Assembly (NCBI GenBank): GCA_965216465.1
Contig: CBDCFW010000001.1
Span: forward strand, 288,001-352,000
Length of the DNA: 64,000 nucleotides
DNA from: Bacteroidia bacterium
GTDB taxonomy: Bacteria > Bacteroidota > Bacteroidia > NS11-12g > UBA9320
Direction: 5' to 3'
Shown here: positions 37,981 through 49,010 of the stretch, piece by piece
Position numbering within the stretch: the first letter of the stretch is position 1
How the letters are laid out: every line of letters begins with the position of its first letter
Program-made: the position numbers and the translations under genes
The notes under the pieces: generated by a model
Told to the model about the DNA's origin: nothing
Databases searched by the model: none
What the model saw: only the letters and a program-made list of their open reading frames with translations

Positions 37981-40407
37981 TTAGCTCTCTAGCATCCTTT
38001 TAACCCGATCTGAAATACTCTCATTGCTTATGCGATCTCTGCTTAAACTGTCAACGAGCAAAGGAAAAGACAGCGGTGAGGGGCGTTTGATATACTTTAG
38101 TATAATTTCCTGGCTATCAATCCTTTCTAAAGCTTGTCTAATTCTATTTACTTCTAACTGGTAGTACAGCACTTCTTCATTTGCTTGCTGCAAAAGGAGA
38201 TTATTTGGGTCATATTCATTAAAAACTTCAAAGAACAACATTGAATGACTTTGAAGGTGTCGTTCTTTCACCTCTTTATTTGGAAACCCTCTAAAGGTTA
38301 AACCTGAAATAGCTGCAATCTCTCTAAACTTCTTGCCAGCAAGTGCCGTCATGTTGCTACTGTTTTGAATATCTTGGAGCAGGTTCTTTGAAGTAAACCA
38401 ATCTTCTTCTAAGGCTTCCATCAACGGAATTTCTTGGTCGCTCAGCAACTCAAATCCATAGTCGTTCATACCCAACGACAAACTAATTTTTGTAAGCTTA
38501 CTAATGCGATAGGCCAACAGTAGAGCAATTCCTTCATGCACCATTCTTCCTTCAAATGGATAAACATAAACATGGTGGCCCTCGTCATCTTCTAAATACT
38601 CAATTAACAGTTCGTTCGACCTAGGAACAGCAGATATCGACGATTGCATTTTAACCAAGCCTTGTAATTTTTTTCCTTCGGGATTGAGCGTTTCTGGATT
38701 AAGCAGATGATCAAACTCAAGTCTCAGCATTTCAGCTATTTCGCTGCTCAAGCTCATTCTTCCTCCATTCCAAGATGGGATAACTGCCTTCTTCGAACCT
38801 CCTGGTTTAACGTATGCTGTTAGCCCTTTAACACGAACAAGCTCAAAAACCTGACCAGCGAAGATGAAATGATCTCCGATGTTGAGCCTTGATATAAAGT
38901 ATTCCTCGATTGTACCCAAGCTCTTTCCGCGTTCTTTTTTTACGATCATTGCTGTTTCACCAACTATGGTTCCCATCGACAATCGATGACGCATGGCCAC
39001 CCTCCTATCCACTACCTTATATTTTCCCTCAATAAGTTTAACCTTATTGAAATCTTCATAGGCCTGTAGACTTTCTCCTCCTTGGGTGATGAAATGTAAC
39101 ACCCAATTAAAGTCTTCCCGTGTTATTGAATTATAACAATAAGTTGATTTCACTTCTTTAAAAACTTCCTCAGCATCAAAGCCATCAGAAACTGCCAATG
39201 TAACCAGGTATTGTACCAATAAATCAAAAGCTCGTACTACAGGTATTCTACTTTCAATATAGCCTTTCTTTATGGATCTTTGAATCGCGGATGATTCAAT
39301 TATTTCCAAAGAATTGGTAGGTAAAAAATAGATTTTTGAAGTGGCCGAAGGAGAATGTCCACTTCGACCAGCCCGCTGTAAGAAACGAGCTATGCCTTTA
39401 GGTGAACCGATTTGAATTACAGCAGATACAGGTCGGAAATCAACACCGAGATCCAGACTGCTGGTGCTTACAACAGCCTTTAATTTCCCCTGGTGCAAAG
39501 CATCTTCAACCCAAGCCCGAACTTCTTTATTCAAACTGCCATGATGAAGTGCGATTAACCCTGCCAATTCGGGAAAAGAATCGAGCAGTTTTTGATACCA
39601 AATTTCGGCCTGCGAACGTGTGTTTGTAAATATTAAGGTAGATGTATTTTGCTCTACAATTGGAAGAACTTTTTTTAGCAATCTCACTCCTAGGTGACCA
39701 GCCCAGGGCATCTCCTCTATCTTGTTGGGTAACAACGTAGCTATCTTTAGCTTTTTGGTGATTTTAGCCTTAACAATTGCCACCTGATCAACCGGGGTAG
39801 ACCCCATCAATACTTGCAGCGCCTCCTCCATATTGCCAATGGTAGCAGATATGCCCCAAATTTTCAAATCGGGTTTAAAACTTTTCAACCTACTCAGAGC
39901 CAATTCTACTTGCACTCCTCGTTTGCTACTTAAAAGCTCATGCCATTCGTCAACTATAACTGCATCTAAATATTTGAAGAAACTTCGGTATCCCTTTCGA
40001 GCCAACATCAACATCAAACTCTCAGGTGTTGTTACCAAGCAATCAGGACTGTTCTTTAATTGAGCTTGCTTTCGTGATGCAGAAATATCTCCACTCCTTC
40101 TTTCAATTTGCCATCCGGTATTTAAATCATCTGCCGCTTCTTGAAGAGCATTAGTTATGTCGACCGACAGTGCTCTTAAGGGTGTGATCCATAACACTTT
40201 AAGGCCTTTTTTATAGTCGCCTTTTAATCTATCATTTAGTAAGAAAGGCAGCCCTAAAGCGTAAGTCTTTCCACTGCCTGTCGGAGCATTTAACAAGCCA
40301 TGTTTGCCATCAAAAAAGTGACTAAGACATTCTTTCTGAAAATTGAACATTTTCCAGTTCCGGTTTTTAAACCAATCTTGAGCGATTTGTAAGGCTTCTT
40401 TTTGCAA
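37981..40407 (-). CDS. Ligase-associated DNA damage response DEXH-box helicase (Lhr-core type)
   Basis: APTGSGKT, TPLRAL, TTPESL, DEWHEL, SATIGN, HHGSL, LDLGVDF, QRAGRSGH. Start uncertain; TTG 40407 avoids overlap with prmA. Confidence 0.92.
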   Translation of the reverse strand: MQKEALQIAQDWFKNRNWKMFNFQKECLSHFFDGKHGLLNAPTGSGKTYALGLPFLLNDRLKGDYKKGLKVLWITPLRALSVDITNALQEAADDLNTGWQIERRSGDISASRKQAQLKNSPDCLVTTPESLMLMLARKGYRSFFKYLDAVIVDEWHELLSSKRGVQVELALSRLKSFKPDLKIWGISATIGNMEEALQVLMGSTPVDQVAIVKAKITKKLKIATLLPNKIEEMPWAGHLGVRLLKKVLPIVEQNTSTLIFTNTRSQAEIWYQKLLDSFPELAGLIALHHGSLNKEVRAWVEDALHQGKLKAVVSTSSLDLGVDFRPVSAVIQIGSPKGIARFLQRAGRSGHSPSATSKIYFLPTNSLEIIESSAIQRSIKKGYIESRIPVVRAFDLLVQYLVTLAVSDGFDAEEVFKEVKSTYCYNSITREDFNWVLHFITQGGESLQAYEDFNKVKLIEGKYKVVDRRVAMRHRLSMGTIVGETAMIVKKERGKSLGTIEEYFISRLNIGDHFIFAGQVFELVRVKGLTAYVKPGGSKKAVIPSWNGGRMSLSSEIAEMLRLEFDHLLNPETLNPEGKKLQGLVKMQSSISAVPRSNELLIEYLEDDEGHHVYVYPFEGRMVHEGIALLLAYRISKLTKISLSLGMNDYGFELLSDQEIPLMEALEEDWFTSKNLLQDIQNSSNMTALAGKKFREIAAISGLTFRGFPNKEVKERHLQSHSMLFFEVFNEYDPNNLLLQQANEEVLYYQLEVNRIRQALERIDSQEIILKYIKRPSPLSFPLLVDSLSRDRISNESISDRVKRMLES

Positions 40408-40470
40408 CGAATTGTTAGCAAGTTTAGGATTAATACTCTTAATCTCAAAGTAATATTGTAACCTTAATTG

Positions 40471-41286
40471 ATGAATTATACCGCCGTACAAATAGTATGT
40501 GAAAGTGATATAGCAGACACCATTTCTTTCCTATTGCAAGAAGAGGGATACCTTGGAACTTCATACGAAAAAGGGATGCTCGTAGGTTATATCGAACAAG
40601 AAAATTTCGATCGCAAGACTATTGACGAACTGCTCCAAAATTTCAATCTAATTCCTGAACGAATTTTTGACCTACCTGAACAAAATTGGAACCAACTGTG
40701 GGAAGACAATTTTAAGGATTCATGGATAGGTAAAAGTATTCATGTAAGAGCACCATTTCAACCAAAAGTTGAAGTTAAACACGATATAGTTATTAGTCCA
40801 AAAATGGCATTTGGTACTGGCCATCATGAAACAACCAAACTTTCTGCCTTATCTCTCGAGAAACTAAACTGTGAAAATAGCGTAGTACTTGATATGGGCT
40901 GCGGAAGCGGAATTTTAGCCATTTTAGCAGATCAGAAAGAAGCCGAAAAGGTCATTGCAATCGATTATGATATCAATTCTGTGGAGAATGCTCGCGAAAA
41001 TGTGCAATTAAACGGCTGCCAAAACGTTGAAGTAATGCAAGGTGATAATATTACATCACTGACCGATAAATTTGACATTATCGTAAGTAACATTGTAAAG
41101 AACATTAATTTGAGTTTATTGCCCCAGTTTGTTGATAAACTTAAGGCTAGCGGTACCCTTATACTGTGTGGATTCTTAGCTGAAGACCTAAATCAATTGG
41201 TTCAAGAAGCTGAGGCACACAATTTGAAACTCATAGAACAGAACACAGACAACAACTGGCTTCAAACCCGGTTTGAAAGAAAATAA
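40471..41286 (+). CDS. prmA: Ribosomal protein L11 methyltransferase
   Basis: NWNQLWE, PKMAFGTGHHETT, VLDMGCGSGILAI, FDIIVSNI. Confidence 0.95.
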   Translation: MNYTAVQIVCESDIADTISFLLQEEGYLGTSYEKGMLVGYIEQENFDRKTIDELLQNFNLIPERIFDLPEQNWNQLWEDNFKDSWIGKSIHVRAPFQPKVEVKHDIVISPKMAFGTGHHETTKLSALSLEKLNCENSVVLDMGCGSGILAILADQKEAEKVIAIDYDINSVENARENVQLNGCQNVEVMQGDNITSLTDKFDIIVSNIVKNINLSLLPQFVDKLKASGTLILCGFLAEDLNQLVQEAEAHNLKLIEQNTDNNWLQTRFERK

Positions 41287-41287
41287 T

Positions 41288-44200
41288 ATGCTACTAAAAA
41301 AAGGAATCATCTCTTTACTCATGGTTATGCTCGCTCTTGCGGTCTATGCACAACCGCGGAGTTTTTCAAAGAAGCCATCGGTATATATTGAAGAGTTTAA
41401 CAAATATGTAAACTCTGACAACACCAAAGAAGGAACTGAAATTGTCGGCTTATTCACTGAAAAATGGAATACAGGACATTTTCCTGAAGATGAGCAACGC
41501 GTTATCATAAAGGTATGCAATGAAATGTTGATGAACGATTTAGCTATTCCTGATTTTGTGTTGCTTACTGAAACGGTATTGCTCGGCAAAGATTCTGTCG
41601 ATGTTGAGAAATACGACAACTGGATGAAGTCTTTAATTCCTGCGGTTAGAGCTGGTAATAAGACTTTCTTAACCTTGCTAACCGCTTCGAAAAACCTGTT
41701 CAAAGACAATGTAATGTACTCTTCTCAAACCAAGCAATGGTACAGTTCTAAGAACAATTACATTTTTGATTTTAGCGATAACCGGGTAAAAATATCGTTC
41801 AAAGACATTGATTTAATCTGTCAAGCTCATGTCGACCAAATAGTCATTTACAATACAACGGGGAGCTACTACCTCGATAACGACCTTTGGGAAGGTTCTG
41901 AAGGAAGAATAACATGGGAAAGAGTTGGCTTTGGCAAAGACAACATTTATGCAGACATACAAGGCGATTATAAGCTTCGTTTTGATCGTGCAGAGGTTTC
42001 AATAGACACTGTTTTATTTACCAATGTCGATTTCTTGAGCAATTCAATTTACGGGTCTCTAAAAGATCGTGCATCGAGTGCCGATAAGATTGGAGAACAA
42101 CAATTATTGAAATCACAATACCCTCAATTCTCATCTTTTGAGAAACGATTAGAACTGGGCACATATCTCGAAGGACGGGTTAAGTTCAAAGGAGGCTATG
42201 CGATGAAAGGTGCTGAAATCATTTCTAATGGTACAGCCACTAACCCTTCGATTGTTGAAATTTACTACAAGAAAAAACCTCGAGTTATAGCTAGAAGCCA
42301 GCACTTTAGCTTGAAGGAAAACAAAATTGTATCGCGAGCAGCTGAAGTTACTATTAATACAGATAGTGGTGAAATATTTCACCCAAAGATCAACTTCAAC
42401 TTGAACCTCGAAAATAAGGTTCTCTTACTTACTAGAGGAAAAGAAGGTCTTCAGCAAGCACCATTCTTTAACTCTGATCATGAAGTCGAAATCTATGTTG
42501 ACCAGGTGATTTGGCGATTAGACCTTCCTAAAATTGAATTTGATATGGTTGGTGAAGACAGTCGAGCAATTGTTGAATCTGCCAATTTTTACAAAGAGGT
42601 TCGGTACGAACGAATTCCGAGGGGGATGCTTAAGTATCACCCGCTATCAAAAATGAGAGACTTTGTGATAACCTATCGCATGCGAGAGTTCACTTTTACA
42701 GAGTATGCAAATTGGATGGGTAGTAAGCAAACCTACCTCAGACCGCAAATTGTAGAACTTGCAGACCTTGGATATATTTTCTTTAATCCAGACACCGACA
42801 GCATAAAAGTTAGAAAGAAACTAGATCATGCCGTCTTATCGCACATGAAGCTTGTTGATTACGATGTGATTCGATTTTCTTCAGTTATTAGTGCTCGCTC
42901 AAATGGCTTTTTAAACTTGATCAACAACACCTTTGTTCTTGAGGGAGTTAGAGCATTTAGATTTAGCGATAGTCAAAGTGTTTATGCCTTTCCGCATGAA
43001 CAAAAGGTAATTCTTAAAAATAAACGAAGAATGCAGTTCGGTGGGCAACTCACCGCCGGAAAGTTTGATTTTTATGCCGAACGATTTGATTTCGACTATT
43101 ACAATTTCGATATCAACTCAGACCATATTGACTCAATGCGAATCTATGTTGAAGATTTCACCGGTGCGAATCGGTTGGTTGCTGTAAAATCTGTGCTTAG
43201 GGATATCAACGGAACTCTTGAGATCGATAAATCCACGAACAAGTCCGGAATAGAAGATTATCCCGAATACCCCCGATTCACAAGTAGGAAGGGGGCCAAA
43301 ATTGCATACGATAAAAAGAGTATTCATAACGGAGCCTACCCCAAAGACAAATTTCATTTTGAAGTAGATCCGTTTGTAATTGATAATCTAGATGATTTTA
43401 CGCCGAATGATTTGAGCTTCCCAGGAACTTTTGTGTCTGGAGGTATTATTCCAGAGTTTCGATTTGAAGCTAAAATTATGGATGACTATTCTCTTGGATT
43501 TGAAAAAACGAATCCAGTTGGTGGATATCCAATGTATGGTGGTTTAGGCCATGGTGAAATTGATATTAAGCTAAGCGAAGAAGGGTTTACTGCAAAAGGA
43601 GAAATAGAATACCAAGGGGCTAAAATTAAGTCTGACGATATCTTACTTACCCCAGACAGTACCTTAGCTTCTGCAGAATCGTATATCGTAAACGAAGATG
43701 CTCGCTATCCAAATGTTGTTGCTATGGATGTGCTCACCCGTTGGTTGCCAAACAAAGATTCATTATTTGTGAACACCAATGGCCACACAGCACAAGTTCT
43801 TCGTGACAACCAACAATTCGAAGGAAACTTAATCCAAACAAGCAAGCAAATTGCCGGTAACGGAGTGCTCTCCTGGGATCGAGCAAAACTTACTTCACGA
43901 GACATGAAGTACAAACCCAACGAGGTTGATGCCAAAGTTTCTCAAATCGAAATAGGTTCGATTGACAACGATAAAATTGCTTTTGCTTCATATAATGTTG
44001 ATGCCCATGTCGATTTCAACACCCGTATTGGTGAGTTTAAAGCAAATGAAAAAGGAAATCTTACAGAATTCCCATTCAATGCGTATGCCAGCTCAATGGA
44101 CGAATACACCTGGGACATGGATGCAGAGACGATCGAGCTAAACAAAGGACCGCTATTGGCTAAAGAGAAATCAATCTTTATAAGCAGAAAGCATGAACAA

Positions 44201-45691
44201 CAAGGCCTGCGTTTTCAAAGCACCAAAGCCTTATTCGACATGAAAGATGGTGTCATATATGCAGAAGAAGTACCCTATATTGATGTGGCAGATAGCCGAA
44301 TATTCCCATTCGAAGAAAAACTTACCATCTTCGAAGATGCGGATATGAAAAAACTTGAGCAAGCAAAAATGCTAGCTTCACGAGATAATAAGTATCATGA
44401 ACTTTTCGATGCCGGAATTAAGATTCATGGCAGATATAAACTGGGTGGTTCAGCAAATTATGAATACAAAGACAAGCATCTTACTGGTCAAATAGTTCAT
44501 TTCTCTAAAATTCGCGTCAAAGACCACACCGACTCTACCGTTCAAGCAAATGGCGGTATTGCTGACACTGCAGGATTTACAGTAAGTCCTAAAATTGCCT
44601 ACAAGGGTGGAATTGAGTTGCTTAGTACTGATGAGTTTATCAGCTTCAGTGGATATGTGAAGCCGCTTCACTCTTTAGAGCAGTATGCTAGTTCTTGGTT
44701 TAGATACAGACAACAGCCTGACCCAGAAGACGTTATAATACCTGCTTATGAAATTCTGAACGAAGACAGACGAAGAATGTCTGCATCGGTAAGTATTGCT
44801 AACGACTCAACGCATATCTATCCATCGATGTTTACATTTAAACGGAGCTATGCTGACCTAGAATTAACTTCTGACACAGGTATATTCTATTATGACGAAG
44901 ACAAACAAACGTTTTTTGTTGGTGACTCAATGAAACTATTGGGTGGTGCCAGTCGAGGTAGCTACTTGGCTTATAACGACGATTCTAAGCAAGTGTACTC
45001 TGAAGGTAAGATTGATTTCAACCTTGATGTTGATGAGAACTTCAATGGAGTAATGGCAGGAAATCTGGTTAAAGAAGATGAGGACACGACATTTAGTTTA
45101 ACTGGCATTTTAGCTTTGGATGTAAATATCCCAATAGAATGTTATGCTAGAATTATTGAAGTGATTAAAAACAGTGCTGATGGCAATGAGCAAGCTGACA
45201 ATAATTCTGAGTTCGTTGAAAAAGCAATGGCCGAATTCTTAGACGACAAAAAGTTGAAGAAAGCCTTAGAATCAACTCCAGCAACAGGACAAATTGATCC
45301 TGCAGGCGACTTGAACAAGCATTTCTTCATGACCCAAGTTGGTATTGAATACATTCCTCGTCTTAAATCATTTGTTGCCTTAGACCCAATTCATTTAGCT
45401 ACGGTAAATGGTGAACAAATCAATAAAGTACTAGAAGCCAAAATTCAAATCACCAAACGGAGAAGCGGAGTAAGGTATACAATGTATATCGAAGCAAGTA
45501 ACTACGATTGGTTCTATATTGACTACTATATGGGTGCTTTAAATGTATTAAGTACTGACAAGGAGTTTAATGACATTTTAAGAGAAAAAGGACCAAAGAT
45601 GAACAAAGGACGTTTTAGAATCCGTATGGCAAGCCCTAGAACGGTTGCAAACTTCTTGGCTAAATTAGAGCCTCCTGAGGATGTAGAATAA
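41288..45691 (+). CDS. Very large exported hypothetical protein (~1467 aa), beta-strand rich
   Basis: Long ORF; signal peptide VYA-Q; no catalytic motif recognised. Confidence 0.85.
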   Translation: MLLKKGIISLLMVMLALAVYAQPRSFSKKPSVYIEEFNKYVNSDNTKEGTEIVGLFTEKWNTGHFPEDEQRVIIKVCNEMLMNDLAIPDFVLLTETVLLGKDSVDVEKYDNWMKSLIPAVRAGNKTFLTLLTASKNLFKDNVMYSSQTKQWYSSKNNYIFDFSDNRVKISFKDIDLICQAHVDQIVIYNTTGSYYLDNDLWEGSEGRITWERVGFGKDNIYADIQGDYKLRFDRAEVSIDTVLFTNVDFLSNSIYGSLKDRASSADKIGEQQLLKSQYPQFSSFEKRLELGTYLEGRVKFKGGYAMKGAEIISNGTATNPSIVEIYYKKKPRVIARSQHFSLKENKIVSRAAEVTINTDSGEIFHPKINFNLNLENKVLLLTRGKEGLQQAPFFNSDHEVEIYVDQVIWRLDLPKIEFDMVGEDSRAIVESANFYKEVRYERIPRGMLKYHPLSKMRDFVITYRMREFTFTEYANWMGSKQTYLRPQIVELADLGYIFFNPDTDSIKVRKKLDHAVLSHMKLVDYDVIRFSSVISARSNGFLNLINNTFVLEGVRAFRFSDSQSVYAFPHEQKVILKNKRRMQFGGQLTAGKFDFYAERFDFDYYNFDINSDHIDSMRIYVEDFTGANRLVAVKSVLRDINGTLEIDKSTNKSGIEDYPEYPRFTSRKGAKIAYDKKSIHNGAYPKDKFHFEVDPFVIDNLDDFTPNDLSFPGTFVSGGIIPEFRFEAKIMDDYSLGFEKTNPVGGYPMYGGLGHGEIDIKLSEEGFTAKGEIEYQGAKIKSDDILLTPDSTLASAESYIVNEDARYPNVVAMDVLTRWLPNKDSLFVNTNGHTAQVLRDNQQFEGNLIQTSKQIAGNGVLSWDRAKLTSRDMKYKPNEVDAKVSQIEIGSIDNDKIAFASYNVDAHVDFNTRIGEFKANEKGNLTEFPFNAYASSMDEYTWDMDAETIELNKGPLLAKEKSIFISRKHEQQGLRFQSTKALFDMKDGVIYAEEVPYIDVADSRIFPFEEKLTIFEDADMKKLEQAKMLASRDNKYHELFDAGIKIHGRYKLGGSANYEYKDKHLTGQIVHFSKIRVKDHTDSTVQANGGIADTAGFTVSPKIAYKGGIELLSTDEFISFSGYVKPLHSLEQYASSWFRYRQQPDPEDVIIPAYEILNEDRRRMSASVSIANDSTHIYPSMFTFKRSYADLELTSDTGIFYYDEDKQTFFVGDSMKLLGGASRGSYLAYNDDSKQVYSEGKIDFNLDVDENFNGVMAGNLVKEDEDTTFSLTGILALDVNIPIECYARIIEVIKNSADGNEQADNNSEFVEKAMAEFLDDKKLKKALESTPATGQIDPAGDLNKHFFMTQVGIEYIPRLKSFVALDPIHLATVNGEQINKVLEAKIQITKRRSGVRYTMYIEASNYDWFYIDYYMGALNVLSTDKEFNDILREKGPKMNKGRFRIRMASPRTVANFLAKLEPPEDVE

Positions 45692-45711
45692 AAGCTTAGA
45701 TTTGCTTCTAT

Positions 45712-46221
45712 ATGAAGACATCTAAGCTTTATACCGTAGTATTAATCTTATTTTCCATTGCACTTATTCCAAAACGCATTGCAGGCTTTATAGGCATGTC
45801 TGTGAGTTATTTAATCTCATACTCTGACACTTCAAATGGAGATTACTTCATGCTCTATATCCCAAATTTTATTATTGAGTTAATTGTAGTTATATTGCTG
45901 ATTGTATATTCAAAAAAGATCATTGGTCTACTTGGACTAGGCAATCAAGCTGAAGATGAGGAAATTAACATTGATATGGGAGCTCCAAAATTGATCAAAG
46001 TCTTTGTAATCTGTCTAGGTCTATATATTTCCATTACCTCCTTTGCTAACGCCATCGACAACGGATTAATATACACTGAGAATATGCGGAGCATGATAAA
46101 GTACAACGCATTTAAAACTCCTTATCTCCTAATCAGCGATTTGACTCAAATTGTATTGGGAATAATCCTTGTATACATGTCTAACTTCTTCACTTCAAAG
46201 GTTACTCAGGCTGCTAACTAA
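45712..46221 (+). CDS. Hypothetical integral membrane protein (4 predicted TM helices)
   Basis: Four hydrophobic stretches; TAGATTTG just upstream. Confidence 0.75.
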   Translation: MKTSKLYTVVLILFSIALIPKRIAGFIGMSVSYLISYSDTSNGDYFMLYIPNFIIELIVVILLIVYSKKIIGLLGLGNQAEDEEINIDMGAPKLIKVFVICLGLYISITSFANAIDNGLIYTENMRSMIKYNAFKTPYLLISDLTQIVLGIILVYMSNFFTSKVTQAAN

Positions 46222-46967
46222 CGCAACTCATACACCAAAGACAACGTAAACCCATAGGTGCGGTATTTGGCCACTTCAGAATTCATAAAAGTGAAGTTGT
46301 TTATGATCTGAAAATCAGTTTCTAGATACGTTTGATTTAGCGGAAAGCGAGATTCATCTTTACCTAATCGAAATGCCATCCCTACCTGCTGAACAAAGTT
46401 AGCACTGCTGTAAGAATCTAAGCCTTCACCATAAAAGTTTTCCGTATCCGACTCAAAATAGCTTGAAGGCCAATGATTCTTTGACATCGACCTATAACCT
46501 TCAGCATCGATATCATATGCTAATAAACCTTCAACTCCGATTCCAAAGTTGTAAAAAAATCTACGTTTTGCAGGAGTAGTAAACCTTGCCATAGCTTTTA
46601 ACCCCAATAATGAGCTGGTCATATCAAGATTTGTAGATTGGGTAATGTTGGTATCGTTATCAAATGTATTTGAATAGCTTGAAGCATAAGCATATTCGGT
46701 TCCTTGAAGCAGATCTAGGTCAAAGTACACTGCTTTCGAATTAGCCGGCTTGAACCCAAACTCATAGGCACTAAAAGTTCTATTCAAGCTTCCATAAGTG
46801 CCTGAAGAAGCAATATCCGTCACTTCCTTAAAATTTGAAGAAATTAAATGATCTGGCACTCGTCCTGTACCATTGTAATTAAATCCTAAACCAAAGTGAT
46901 TAAATTGAGTTTGTGCGAATCCTACCATTGAACACAACACAAAAATTGAGCATAATATCTTTTTCAT
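46218..46967 (-). CDS. Hypothetical outer-membrane beta-barrel-like protein
   Basis: Signal peptide GFA-Q; alternating aromatic/Gly strands; C-terminal YGFTLSLVYEL. Confidence 0.7.
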   Translation of the reverse strand: MKKILCSIFVLCSMVGFAQTQFNHFGLGFNYNGTGRVPDHLISSNFKEVTDIASSGTYGSLNRTFSAYEFGFKPANSKAVYFDLDLLQGTEYAYASSYSNTFDNDTNITQSTNLDMTSSLLGLKAMARFTTPAKRRFFYNFGIGVEGLLAYDIDAEGYRSMSKNHWPSSYFESDTENFYGEGLDSYSSANFVQQVGMAFRLGKDESRFPLNQTYLETDFQIINNFTFMNSEVAKYRTYGFTLSLVYELR

Positions 46968-46969
46968 AA

Positions 46970-48379
46970 CTAATTCAAATTCAGCGACTCCCAGTATTTA
47001 TCAAGCAAATAAACCATAGCAGCCATACTTGCACCTCCCAATTCCAATTCGCGTTGATTTACATTCTCAAACACATCATCGTCTGAATGATGGTAATCAA
47101 AATAACGTTGTGGATCTGGATATAGTCCAAGGAGAACGAGATTCTCGTTCACAATATTTTCTTTTCTTTTTAGAGGTCCAATATCAACTCCACCATAGCC
47201 TGCTTCAAAGAAGTGAAGTCCATACGGTTCGAGTAGTTCTCTCCATTGTGCAATGGCCTCAACTTGAGATGGTTTGCCATCGATTGAAAATCCGCGTGGA
47301 GTGAATCCACCACGATCGGTCTCTATTGCTCCGATATGATTTTCACCCTTAGCCTTTGCTTCTGAAGCATAAGTGGTGCCACCAAAATTTCCATTTTCTT
47401 CGTTCATGTAAAGCACCATGCGAATAGTTCTTTTCGGTTGAATGTTTAACGCTTTGAACAAACGCATCACTTCCATGCATTGCACTACTCCTGCTCCATC
47501 ATCATGAGCTCCTTCTCCAACATCCCAGCTATCCATATGCCCGCCAATCACAATAATTTCATTTGGGAACTCGCTACCCTTTATCTCTCCTATTACATTA
47601 TATGTTTCGATTTTATCATTTGAGTAACAATCAAGATCTATCGTGACAAAATGCTCTTCTGATGTAGCCAGAACTTCATGTAACGAATCTGCATGAGCTG
47701 TGCTAATGGCCACTGATGGAATTTTATTAACTCCATCCTTATAAACCATACTCCCCGTATGCGGGAAATGATCTGTAAGCGTCGTCAATGATCTAACCAA
47801 AACACCTACAGCACCTTTTTCAGCTGCTGCATTTGCTCCCCAATAGCGTTGCGAGGCACAAGCTCCATAAGCTTCGAAAGTATTTATTTTCGATCGGTCA
47901 AAAGGCTTATTGTAAAAGACTATTGCTCCTTCAAGCACATCTCCTTTGAAACGCTCAAGATCTTCAATTCCGTCTACTTCAACTACCCTTGCTTTTAGAG
48001 GTGATTCCGTTCCGATAGAACCTCCTAATGCTGATGCTTCCAAAGGCTTTCCATCCAGCAAAACAATTTCCTTTGTACCTCTAATCCATAATGGTGCTTC
48101 AATTTGTTGTTTGTAGACTTGATCTAATCCATACTCAGATACCACTTCAACGGACCAATCGATGGCCTTAGAAGCTCCAGAAGATCCTGTTAACCGATGA
48201 CCAATCTGCTTACACAGATATTCTAAATTCTCGTAACTCTCTCCATTTAAAAGAGCTTCGTTAAATATTTTCTTGATTTGAATTGAATCTTCTTTGGATG
48301 ATCCAGGAAGATTAGTGATTTGAGCCATGCCTTGCATGAACCAAATGAGCGTTAAGCTAAGACTGAACAGGTACCTCAT
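46970..48379 (-). CDS. M28 family metallopeptidase (carboxypeptidase Q-like)
   Basis: IGHRLTGS, PA domain, GGHMDSWDVGEGAHDDGAG, NEENG, ETD, YFDYHH. Start taken at MRYLFS. Confidence 0.92.
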   Translation of the reverse strand: MRYLFSLSLTLIWFMQGMAQITNLPGSSKEDSIQIKKIFNEALLNGESYENLEYLCKQIGHRLTGSSGASKAIDWSVEVVSEYGLDQVYKQQIEAPLWIRGTKEIVLLDGKPLEASALGGSIGTESPLKARVVEVDGIEDLERFKGDVLEGAIVFYNKPFDRSKINTFEAYGACASQRYWGANAAAEKGAVGVLVRSLTTLTDHFPHTGSMVYKDGVNKIPSVAISTAHADSLHEVLATSEEHFVTIDLDCYSNDKIETYNVIGEIKGSEFPNEIIVIGGHMDSWDVGEGAHDDGAGVVQCMEVMRLFKALNIQPKRTIRMVLYMNEENGNFGGTTYASEAKAKGENHIGAIETDRGGFTPRGFSIDGKPSQVEAIAQWRELLEPYGLHFFEAGYGGVDIGPLKRKENIVNENLVLLGLYPDPQRYFDYHHSDDDVFENVNQRELELGGASMAAMVYLLDKYWESLNLN

Positions 48380-48965
48380 ATAAGTCCATCTTTTTAAATC
48401 CTTGTGACATGACCACCAAAGATAACGCAACTAAGATATGACTTACATCAGCAGGTTTAATAAATGACATTGTTTTGAATATTGAGAACACTGCAGCTGA
48501 GCCAATTAGAATAAGCAGTCCCAATATCATTAAGCCATTGGCCGATTTATTTCTACTGTAGTTCAAAACGAAAAGACTCATACTAATAATTGCCATCCCA
48601 AAGATGCCATAGAGCATAACTGGAGAGAACACATTTTGCATAATTAACCAGCAGAGGAAAATCAATATCAAACCATAGTTGCTTGTATTAACCCACTTTT
48701 TCTCCTTGTAATTGAAGTAGGTAAACGTTCCTGATACAAAAAAGAAGATCGAGAATAGGTTTACAATTCTTGATAAAAACAAGAGGCCTTTTTGGTAGGT
48801 CATTGGTAGCGTTTCCAAGTGCCCAAAAGCAGCAATTAACGACGTTATGCCTGTTAAAAACAAGAAATATAAGAAGCTCTTATTTCTAAGATTTTTACGC
48901 ATTGACATCCCCAATATCATTGCTGTAACAAAAATCAGTGCGTTCGTTGAAAAGCTAAACCACAT
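48357..48965 (-). CDS. Hypothetical 7-TM membrane protein
   Basis: Seven hydrophobic segments with polar AAFGH and DVSH motifs. Confidence 0.75.
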   Translation of the reverse strand: MWFSFSTNALIFVTAMILGMSMRKNLRNKSFLYFLFLTGITSLIAAFGHLETLPMTYQKGLLFLSRIVNLFSIFFFVSGTFTYFNYKEKKWVNTSNYGLILIFLCWLIMQNVFSPVMLYGIFGMAIISMSLFVLNYSRNKSANGLMILGLLILIGSAAVFSIFKTMSFIKPADVSHILVALSLVVMSQGFKKMDLYEVPVQS

Positions 48966-49010
48966 TTGAAGCTGCGAATTTAAACAATCTCAAGTGTTCA
49001 ATCTCAATTT

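Noticed and set aside
40408-40491. N-terminal overlaps of divergent genes suggested by the ORF track (lhr/prmA; also 5334-5346 and 54376-54397)
   Set aside because: Longest-ORF start choices; downstream starts remove the overlaps and fit nearby promoter words.
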